Shown here piece after piece: positions 12,660-21,833 of a DNA stretch of 22,754 nt. The translations under genes and the position numbers were made by a program. Origin of the DNA: Ginkgo biloba (lineage: Eukaryota > Plantae > Ginkgophyta); NCBI GenBank assembly GCA_024626585.2, contig JANKJI020000002.1:250899241-250921994 (forward strand), read 5' to 3'. Within the stretch, counting starts at the first letter, position 1. Each line of letters starts with the position of its first letter. The notes beneath the pieces were generated by a model. The model ran no database searches, was not told the DNA's origin, and was given only the letters and a program-made list of their open reading frames with translations.

Positions 12660-13449
12660 TGTTGCAAGCTAGTTAGTATGTAGGCTCTGCAACTATTAGT
12701 TGCACTGATTAGATTAGCACTAGTAAGAAAGAAAGTGAAATCATTAAAGGTTAAATAGGAAGCCATCTATAGGGAGCTTCCAATGAAGTGACACTTGACA
12801 AACAAACTCATAGATTAGCTATTGTGATTAGGCTAGTTCCAACACAAGTCCAACTAGTCTATGAGGTGCATGATAGACCAGTTTTTTGCTAAAAAGGGTC
12901 ATATTTTAGGCTTGGCAACTTGTGACTACGCTTATTTTTTGGTGTTGGCTTTCTTTATCTATTTTCTAGCTTGTTGGATGCTTGACACAAACAAAAATCA
13001 AATCTAAGTTCTCTCTGTGTTTGATTTGTTCACATCTCATCAAGGCTATTTCTCTTCCAAAAGTTAAAATGGTGTTGTCCAAGCATGATGCCATCATCCT
13101 AAGGACTTATTATTCTTCATTGTACCTATGCAAGGAACTACCAAGAACCTCTAGAAAGTGATGCAAGCCTCTGAGAAAGAGTGTGCCCTCTTTCAGGATC
13201 ATTTTTGGCTTGGTCATTGACTACAGAACAAAGCATTGCTCCTCCAAAATTTGTTGTAGGTTTTTTTCAACCAATTGTTGTTGAAGGCTACATCAAAGCT
13301 AGGGTTTTAACGAGGTAAGTTCCATAAAANNNNNNNNNNNNNNNNNNNNNNNNNNNNNNNNNNNNNNNNNNNNNNNNNNNNNNNNNNNNNNNNNNNNNNN
13401 NNNNNNNNNNNNNNNNNNNNNATTAAAATACTTCGATTAGGGCATCACA
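12660..13449 (+). repeat. Probable 3' LTR of the Ty3/gypsy element (right boundary uncertain: 13295 or 13449)
   Basis: Begins TGTTGC immediately after the PPT-like tract and is non-coding. Candidate CA ends are ctacatca (13295) or gggcatcaca (13449). There is no matching 5' LTR in the window to confirm it. Confidence 0.45.
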
Positions 13450-15620
13450 TTTTATGTGGATTTTATAGATGATATGATAAAATTATGGTTGAAAATGATG
13501 TATAAGCATACAAATTCATTTAGGAAACCCCTCCTTTGCATGTTGACTAACTACTTGCCCTATAGTTGTCCAAACCCTAAGACTTGACTATAGGGTGGCA
13601 GGGGTCCACTAAGAGAGATGTTAGCCAAAGTCNNNNNNNNNNNNNNNNNNNNNNNNNNNNNNNNNNNNNNNNNNNNNNNNNNNNNNGGTTGAGATATACC
13701 CACTTTGAGGATATGGCTATAAGGTTGAAAGGGTACCCCTTAGTCTTTTTATCCATACAAGTTAAAAGATACCCAAAGTGACTATCAAGTTGAAAGGATA
13801 TGCACTTAACTCTTAGTCACTAGTATCATAAATTAACATAAATGGTTTGACAAGATGCCTACATAAAGGTACCTTAAATTAATATAATTAATTATTGCCA
13901 ATTAAGGGGCAGAGACTACTTAGATCTCTCCTGGTGCTAAACAAGGACTAAAATAATAACTATGGCCTATCACCCTTATTGACATTGGGTGAAAGCATGG
14001 AGTCTAGTAGAACAGTCATAGTTACTCAACACTGATAATGTGCATAAGGATGTCAATCTAATAAGCCCTTTAGGTTGTCCCCAACACCTCCAATGGATGC
14101 TCAATCCCCATGCCACTATCCCTGAGGCTTAACAGCCTCACAAATGTACCTTAGGATGCATATATAATCACATTACACAAAATAATGCTTGACATGTGCT
14201 TGTTCGAGTGCATTTTATGTTGCAAGTACAGGGTCCGGACTGTTACAAATTAAATGCCCTCTCTCCTCATTAAATACAATTTGAAATGATTCCTAGGTGG
14301 TTGAAGAGGCATGAGCACATCGACTAACGCCTTGGTTAATAATGATGGTCCCATTTATTAATCAATTAATACAATTCATAAAAATAATGATTTAATCAAA
14401 GTTTTTAAGCCCCTTTTCACAATAATTGGGGGATATGTAAGCAGACATCAAGAATCCTGAGTATAATCTGAGAAAATAAAGGAGGCCACGTGGCACAAAG
14501 ACAATAGCTCAAGGAATCAGGCAGATAAGGAAAATATGCAAGGACAAGGGATCTTATACCCAAAAGATGGTTGCAGAAAGCAAATTTTTGCAGTTAGTAT
14601 CAACAAAACAGGGTCTTCCTCATCAGCATCAATATAAATATGAAAATTGACCTCGTGCAGAAGGCATGGAGGCACACAGTCAAAGAACATGCTGTCTAAA
14701 GGCAAAACTAAACTACTAAATAAAACCAGGTCTTGTTTGTTCAGTTTTAAAATCACTCCATTGTTTAGCTGAAAATTAATGTAAGAATTTTTTTGGAATT
14801 GCAATGTAATCCCTATCGAAACTGACTTACAGGAAGTCACAGGTACCTGTGTTCCAAACAAAATTTAAAAAATATGCCACACAAAAGCATAAAGAATGAC
14901 AGAAAATTTCAATATTTATATTGGAGTAAACAAAATGTTTAGAATAGAATTCTAAAAACTGCTATAGAAGTATTCGTCGATTACCAATGAGAGAAATATG
15001 TGCAAGTNNNNNNNNNNNNNNNACACACATGTTTCCAAGATGTGTACCTGCTTACTTAGTTGACCTCATACAATCATCAGAATGAAAAAGAAAACAGATA
15101 ACAAAACTAGCAAAAAAAACTGTAGAACAAAATCTTAAACAGCTTACAAGTGAACAGAAGATTTACAAAAACAGAACAGGATAACTAAAAAACATGCATG
15201 TGAAAGTTCTGTTGTGTCCATTCTATTGAGTATTGCTTAAACTAATAAGACAGTCAACATGTGTGTGCTAGAGAGAATTTTCATCTGCTTATTCCCCAAT
15301 CTCATTTGCATCTTATAAAACAAACTTTTACCTAGTGCATTTTCTTTTCTTATTGTGGTCTTTCGAGTTGAGACAAAGCTAAAGATTCCCATGAGACAAA
15401 TCTATAGGTAGAGCTTATGTTCTTCAGGGATTACAGTTGACCTCATGCAATCATTTGAATAGGAAGACCACTATATTGGTCAAGAAGCTTTCATAATGAA
15501 ATATGAAACAACTACAAACAAATGAACAGCATATGCAAAAAAGTATACATTGTACAACACACTAATAGAAAGAACGCATCTAATTTCTTTGCATCTGCAA
15601 TACACAAACATGTAAATTAC

Positions 15621-15763
15621 CTTGAATGAGATTGTCTTGCTTTAGGAAAATTTCTCTGAGTCTGCTCTGCCCACAAGGATTATACTTTAGATTGAACCTA
15701 TCAAACCGATGGAAAGTGTTCTTGTCTGCATGAACATCTAGGAGATCCACATTCAGATCATAT
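15621..15763 (-). CDS. AMPD: AMP deaminase exon (143 nt) with the substrate-binding FNLKY motif
   Basis: gaaacag|A TAT GAT CTG... translates (G)[47 protein letters not shown](G); donor G|gtaatt. It follows a 120-nt phase-2 intron. It is not in the ORF track (too short). Confidence 0.97.
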
Positions 15764-15883
15764 CTGTTTCACAAGGCAGAGAGATATCCTTGCTGAACTT
15801 CAGATGGATGTATAAAATAAAGAAGAGACATCATCAGCCACCTATATCATTTATACAATCATACAATTAGCTTTAAACCTTAC

Positions 15884-15951
15884 CCTGTCAAGTCCAAGCT
15901 CTCAAAAACTTCTTTTAATGTCAGATATATGCCATCTCGAAAAATGACCAC
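15884..15951 (-). CDS. AMPD: AMP deaminase exon (68 nt)
   Basis: ttcatacag|GTG GTC ATT... translates VVIFRDGIYLTLKEVFESLDLT(G); donor GG|gtaagg. It follows a 193-nt intron in compatible phase 0. Confidence 0.97.
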
Positions 15952-16144
15952 CTGTATGAAAGAACAAACAATAGAGGAAAAATAATATGGTATATGAATT
16001 GAAAACAATGCAACTATGAGATTCTGCCAATACACATGAAAAATGACAAGAATATAAAATGTAGAATTATTATTTAATCCACTAGAGAAGGCTGCTGCTG
16101 TAGCAGGTTTAAGCATTCGTTTTGAAGTTAATTTGCACACTTAC

Positions 16145-16301
16145 CTCATCGGGTTCTTTCCTCAGCTTAGATTTAATAAACCGTAAGAGGTGTTTCTGGT
16201 TCATGCACGAGGAGTGATGAACATGAGTATCTACTTTCCTAACATTGTAAAAATCACGATGCGGGGCACTTTTTTGAGCTAGAAACTCCCTGTCTGCATT
16301 A
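16145..16301 (-). CDS. AMPD: AMP deaminase exon carrying the HxH zinc-ligand motif (5' part lost in the N gap)
   Basis: Translates [52 protein letters not shown], followed by donor GAG|gtaagt at 16144. The [13 protein letters not shown] motif is diagnostic of AMP deaminases. Confidence 0.97.
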
Positions 16302-17193
16302 NNNNNNNNNNNNNNNNNNNNNNNNNNNNNNNNNNNNNNNNNNNNNNNNNNNNNNNNNNNNNNNNNNNNNNNNNNNNNNNNNNNNNNNNNNNNNNNNNNN
16401 NNNNNNNNNNNNNNNNNNNNNNNNNNNNNNNNNNNNNNNNNNNNNNNNNNNNNNNNNNNNNNNNNNNNNNNNNNNNNNNNNNNNNNNNNNNNNNNNNNNN
16501 NNNNNNNNNNNNNNNNNNNNNNNNNNNNNNNNNNNNNNNNNNNNNNNNNNNNNNNNNNNNNNNNNNNNNNNNNNNNNNNNNNNNNNNNNNNNNNNNNNNN
16601 NNNNNNNNNNNNNNNNNNNNNNNNNNNNNNNNNNNNNNNNNNNNNNNNNNNNNNNNNNNNNNNNNNNNNNNNNNNNNNNNNNNNNNNNNNNNNNNNNNNN
16701 NNNNNNNNNNNNNNNNNNNNNNNNNNNNNNNNNNNNNNNNNNNNNNNNNNNNNNNNNNNNNNNNNNNNNNNNNNNNNNNNNNNNNNNNNNNNNNNNNNNN
16801 NNNNNNNNNNNNNNNNNNNNNNNNNNNNNNNNNNNNNNNNNNNNNNNNNNNNNNNNNNNNNNNNNNNNNNNNNNNNNNNNNNNNNNNNNNNNNNNNNNNN
16901 NNNNNNNNNNNNNNNNNNNNNNNNNNNNNNNNNNNNNNNNNNNNNNNNNNNNNNNNNNNNNNNNNNNNNNNNNNNNNNNNNNNNNNNNNNNNNNNNNNNN
17001 NNNNNNNNNNNNNNNNNNNNNNNNNNNNNNNNNNNNNNNNNNNNNNNNNNNNNNNNNNNNNNNNNNNNNNNNNNNNNNNNNNNNNNNNNNNNNNNNNNNN
17101 NNNNNNNNNNNNNNNNNNNNNNNNNNNNNNNNNNNNNNNNNNNNNNNNNNNNNNNNNNNNNNNNNNNNNNNNNNNNNNNNNNNNNNNNNNNNN

Positions 17194-17298
17194 CCTTCTC
17201 CCATGGTGCAGCCTCCTCTCGAAAGACATACTTTTCACGCATTGCAAGGCACTCTTGCATCATCAAACATACCTCCGCTTCTTCAGCTGATGGTGCCT
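17194..17298 (-). CDS. AMPD: AMP deaminase internal exon (3' part lost in the N gap)
   Basis: Minus strand reads ttcttttgtaatccatccttAG|AG GCA CCA..., giving (E)APSAEEAEVCLMMQECLAMREKYVFREEAAPWEK. This matches plant AMPD (Arabidopsis FAC1 EVPTSDEVEAYKCLQECLELRKRYVFQETVAPWEK, recalled). Phase-1 acceptor; the exon runs into an 892-N gap. Confidence 0.93.
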
Positions 17299-17831
17299 CT
17301 AAGGATGGATTACAAAAGAAAGAGGAACTATAATAAGTAGTCTACTGCAAATTACATGCACCTCAGCACCACACATATATTATTTAAGCAACCTTACAAT
17401 GAANNNNNNNNNNNNNNNNNNNNNNNNNNNNNNNNNNNNNNNNNNNNNNNNNNNNNNNNNGCCTTCTCCTCAAAACGGAGGAAGCTAATGGATGTTGCCA
17501 AAAGAATGCAAGAGTCGCTTTCTTTTGAATCCAAAAACAATCAATGAATTTGAAATTTACTTATCAGATCACCCCTACACTGTGACACTGACATTCAGAT
17601 CGCAACAAACATGCTTCTCTATAAATAAGCTTGTTTCAAGAGATCTGAGAAGAAATAAAACATTGAACAACAAAAAGAAAATGGAAAAGTTTCATACAGA
17701 ATGCAATCCCTCTTGTAGAACATGATCATAGGAGATCAGCACTGGACCTTGGGTGATTCCTCACCATGTCTCTCAGAGTTCTTTTGTTTATAACTTTCTA
17801 TTCTATCAAGAATGTTAAAGAGCTGCAAGTT

Positions 17832-17992
17832 ATTGACTTTTCCAGCCTTTTAGGATATAGTCTCACATGCAACTTTGAATTCTTAACAGCTCTACTACAA
17901 CCTACACAGCAGATCTTGTCATTGACATTTTCAGCCTTTCTAGATATAGTCTCATCTGCAACTTTGAATTCTTAATTGCTATTCTACAATCT
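17832..17992. repeat. Two-copy tandem repeat, ~89-bp period
   Basis: attgacttttccagccttttaggatatagtctcacatgcaactttgaattcttaa (17832) versus attgacattttcagcctttctagatatagtctcatctgcaactttgaattcttaa (17921). Confidence 0.85.
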
Positions 17993-19184
17993 TTGCAAAA
18001 ATTGACAATCGCACTTGAGAAACAACAGAAGGATGTTTCACAAACTTGTAAACGTCATCTTCACCCCAAGGTAAGCATCTTATGTTTACAAGAAAATAGC
18101 ATAAATCAATGTAAAGCAAGATAATGCAGCACAAGAACTTAAGAGAGAAAATAGCTCCAACCTTTTGAATGCAAGAAACATTGTCCTTAAGCTCAGAAAC
18201 TGTTTAGGACACAGAAACAAGGCCTCAACTTTTAGAGCAGTAAGAATGAGATATTTATTTTTATTGGATGCCCCTTTATTGACTAAAAGAAATTGTTTAC
18301 AAAAGACAGCTTNNNNNNNNNNNNNNNNNNATAATGATCGCATAAGTCAGTAATCTATCTCCGCACAAGAATTACTTTTTCCCCAAGTTGCATGAACAGT
18401 TAAGAAATAGCAACATTACAACTGACTGTTATACAGAACACTTCATCTACCTGTAGAAGCATTGATGGCTTATCAGCCAAAGTAAGAGGTATCTACCACG
18501 AGTTTGGTGCCCTTAACTTCTTCCTGGAGGAATCTGAACAAAGGTTTGTGGCCTTCGGTTGGATGATTCCCCTCTATTAATCTGCCGGTTTCATTGCTCC
18601 ATTTGTCCAATAGGATTTGAACTGCTGCCACTAGATGGTAGACTATGAAGATTTTTGCTTCCAAGGAAAATGTCCAAGTTTCATCTTACTGTTAAAAGGT
18701 AGCAATATCTGGAATCTACTCCTGGTCTTCATTGTTTGTCTGGTCTGAGCAATCACTTCAACCCCTTCCAGGACTAGTTTCTGAGTTATAATTTGCACTA
18801 TATCATGGCTAGCTAAAGTTGCCACTTTTCCATTGGTCAAATAGCTTTTACACTTCTGTAGCNNNNNNNNNNNNNNNNNNNNNNNNNNNNNNNNNNNNNN
18901 NNNNNNNNNNNNNNNNNNNNNNNNNNNNNNNNNNNNNNNNNNNNNNNNNNNNNNNNNNNNNNTTTTTTTTTTTATTTTAAAAATATTAGTCAACTCTATG
19001 AAGTTGCTATTGAAAGAATTTTGAAACTGTGTGTTGAGTTGAGTTGAGTTGTCTTGAGAGAAGCTTTGCTACTTGGGGAGTATTCCATAGAAACGAAATG
19101 TGTCAGCAAGTTTTTTTTTTTTCTTGTCATGTTGTGAGAAATATCAGATTCTGTTGGGTTCCATTCTATAGTTTTGTGTGATCT

Positions 19185-19368
19185 ATGGAGAAGCAGGAGA
19201 GTAGCAACAAAACTGCAAAGGTGATCAGTGACTGCCAAAATATTTGTTGAGCTTTAGGCTCATGGTAACTATTGCCTGCTCATGCATGTCGATCACAACA
19301 AAGTTCTCATGGCTCTTTGCAATGAAGTCGAATGGCATGTGGAAAAGGATGGAACCGTTTTCAGAAAG
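19185..19368 (+). pseudogene. BES1/BZR1-family transcription factor DNA-binding domain, disabled copy (may extend to ~20123)
   Basis: Frame from 19201 reads [54 protein letters not shown]. It aligns colinearly with the BES1_N consensus RRRRAIAAKIFxGLRAxGNYxLPKHxDxNEVLKALCxEAGWxVExDGTxYRK. Stops at 19222-19224 and 19255-19257 replace conserved Arg residues. An out-of-frame ATG GAG AAG CAG GAG AGT AGC AAC AAA (MEKQESSNK) at 19185 resembles the upstream ERENNK segment. Confidence 0.88.
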
Positions 19369-21319
19369 AATTACACTGAAGTGAAGAGATTTTCTTGTCG
19401 AAGCAACACCTGGGATAATTCTTTCATCATCCAACAGTCATGTGAGCCAACATAGAGAAACTATGACATTCATGAAAACCCCAAACACCCAAGGTTTGTC
19501 AATCACCCACAATATATTCTCCACTGCAAACAATTGCTTGTCCGACGAATAATCTCTGCACTCAAACGAAACTTTGCCCACAAATGATGAGTGATTAAGG
19601 ATGAAGATTTGTTGTAGCGCAGAAGAGCTTCGGCGGGGGCAAAATTCAACCACTTGACCATGTCAAGCTCATTGTGGAAAACCGCAACGTTGAAGTATTC
19701 AATATTGAACGACAAAAATTGTGGAAGAAGAGACCTCTAATTGGTCAAGGGATCGAATCTCTCTGCAGAGCGCTTCATGTCATGGTGATCACACAACCCA
19801 CGAAGAATGAAGAATTGCCACGTTATCCTTGAAGAAGTTGATATGGTAATGCTTCAACTAGAAGTGACTCTTGTAGAAAAGAGAAGGTTGTTACAGTAAA
19901 TAGAGCAGTGGAAGAATGAGATCAAGAAGAGGTTGAAACATCTATTAATGAATAAATAGCAGAGAGTTGTAGGCCTAAAATGAGGACTTGAAGGTGTAGA
20001 CCACAAGAAGTCATCTGTAGATTATACAAGAGTCACAGGAGGTATTAAGCTCAAAGTGGAGGTGACTGTAGAGTTAGGACTGTCATTTAGAAGTCCCACA
20101 AAGTTGAGAGATAGTGGTGCAATNNNNNNNNNNNNNNNNNNNNNNNNNNNNNNNNNNNNNNNNNNNNNNNNNNNNNNNNNNNNNNNNNNNNNNNNNNNNN
20201 NNNNNNNNNNNNNNNNNNNNNNNAGGAGTTTTCTCAAATAAACCTCATGAGAAAGGTGATGCAGTGCTTCCAGTAGGGTTGCATGTCATTTTGGAGCAAA
20301 ATAATACCTAGATTAGGGTTTTGTAGCAAAGCGCTTCATTTTTGGACTAAGGAGCAAGGTGCTTCTATTCACAAATTGATTTGGCGTCTTCAGTGAAAGC
20401 ATTTTGACCAGGTAAGTTTATGGGTTCTATACATATTATGAAATCACTGTAGTTAAATTATTATCAAAAGTTGGAATTTTGACTACATAAATTAATATAA
20501 ACAGTATAAACCCAAATGTTAAAATTTGTTACAATAAGTTACATAAAAAGATTAAAACCCTCAATTTTTATAAACGACTCATACAAAGTAGGGTAAATCC
20601 AACTAAGGGGTCTTATGATGCATTTAAGATTATGTATTTATCTTGTGAAGTTAGATGCCATTTATTGACATATGAAACTAGTCCTTTGCATTATGCAAGT
20701 GATTTTTCCCTAATTATCCAGAACCCCTAAAGCCCTGACTAGGGGCATCATGGCATTTAGCCAAAGTTATATGTTGGGGGCTTGATTTGTCTTACTTTGG
20801 ACCGTGCATTTGTATTATTTAGCCCTGTGCACGCATCTTTTAAAGGTTGACCGACAATGGATTGAAAGATACCCAAGAAGGTTGAGTTATTGATCTAGTT
20901 TACCCTCAAGATGACCAACTCTATGGGTTGTTTTCTACAAGCATAGGATTTGTAGTCCAAGCAGGTGCATTTGCTTGGTTTATGGTTGTTTTTGGAGCCG
21001 TGGTTAGACTAGTTCTATGCATTGTACTTATAGTCATAGGATTTGTATATTGTACCAATGGTAGCCAAACAATAAATTAAAATAGATAAATAAACTATCA
21101 ATGGAGTGGATATCTAATTTAAAAGGATAATCCTTATGCCAAAGAAGGGGTAGAGAATAGACCTATGCCCCGCACACTTACTAATGCTAGATTAAGGGGT
21201 GGATTCTAACAGAGCATTAATAGTTGTTAGGCATTGATGGTGTATAATGTGTTCCTATTAGAAGTTTGGCTCCCAACATGATACCAATCAAGCATCCCCC
21301 ATGAACACTAATGGAGGCT

Positions 21320-21692
21320 AAAGTCATAATTACATGTCAACATTATTCCTAACAATTTTCTTTCAAAAACTTGCCATACATCTACTCTTTGCACAACACT
21401 AACATAAATAAATGTCTATAATGTATGTGAATGTTCATTACTATCNNNNNNNNNNNNNNNNNNNNNNNNNNNNNNNNNNNNNNNNNNNNNNNNNNNNNNN
21501 NNNNNNNNNNNNNNNNNNNNNNNNNNNNNNNNNNNNNNNNNNNNNCCCACAACAAAGGATAGGGTCATAGTTGCAAGTCGACCTTAATTCTAACAATTTT
21601 CCTTCTAAAACGTATCATATGTCTACTTCCTTTATCACACTATCATAAATTAACATAAATAGATACCTTTAATGTGTGTTAATGTTCATTAC
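21320..21692. repeat. Degenerate direct repeat (~125 bp visible per copy) flanking an N gap
   Basis: gtcataattacatgtcaacattattcctaacaattttctttcaaaaac...aatgttcattact (21323-21442) versus gtcatagttgcaagtcgaccttaattctaacaattttccttctaaaac...aatgttcattact (21564-21693). Confidence 0.75.
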
Positions 21693-21821
21693 TGTGCATT
21701 GTGGCTTAAACTAATATCTCATAGTTTTACAGACATATTTGCATATATATCTCTATTATGCTTGGTTTATTGGAGGTTACAACTTGTTTGTCATGCCAGT
21801 TTAGAGGGCAAGTTGTTGCAA

Positions 21822-21833
21822 TGGTATCAAAGC
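21822..21833 (+). other. LTR-retrotransposon primer-binding site (initiator tRNA-Met type)
   Basis: TGGTATCAAAGC, one mismatch from the canonical TGGTATCAGAGC. It sits 1 nt after ...gttgCA (LTR end) and upstream of a gag remnant. Confidence 0.7.

Noticed and set aside
14517-14861. 114-aa minus-strand ORF near the AMPD exon cluster
   Set aside because: No similarity to the missing AMPD segment or any family I recognise; the F/L/I/S-rich composition is typical of T-rich intron.
15058-15460. 26-bp near-repeat agttgacctcat(a/g)caatcat at ~15058 and ~15435
   Set aside because: Only two short copies with unrelated flanks; no array or other structure.
16109-17266. The 385-, 322- and 301-aa ORFs in the ORF track
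   Set aside because: Artefacts of reading through the 892-N gap (16302-17193). Only the flanking exon pieces are real; the gap should hold roughly 90-100 aa of AMPD plus introns.
18450-18475. ATC AAT GCT TCT ACA G|gtagat as the phase-1 AMPD exon upstream of 17298
   Set aside because: Immediately preceded by in-frame TGA TAA and lacks the expected AADILRKEPEQETF motif.
19225-19715. Three minus-strand ORFs of ~70 aa
   Set aside because: Best explained as antisense shadows of the + strand BZR-like pseudogene.
21279-21286. tgatacca as a minus-strand tRNA-Met PBS
   Set aside because: Only 8 nt match and the rest (aacat instead of gctct) deviates; no adjacent gag on that strand.
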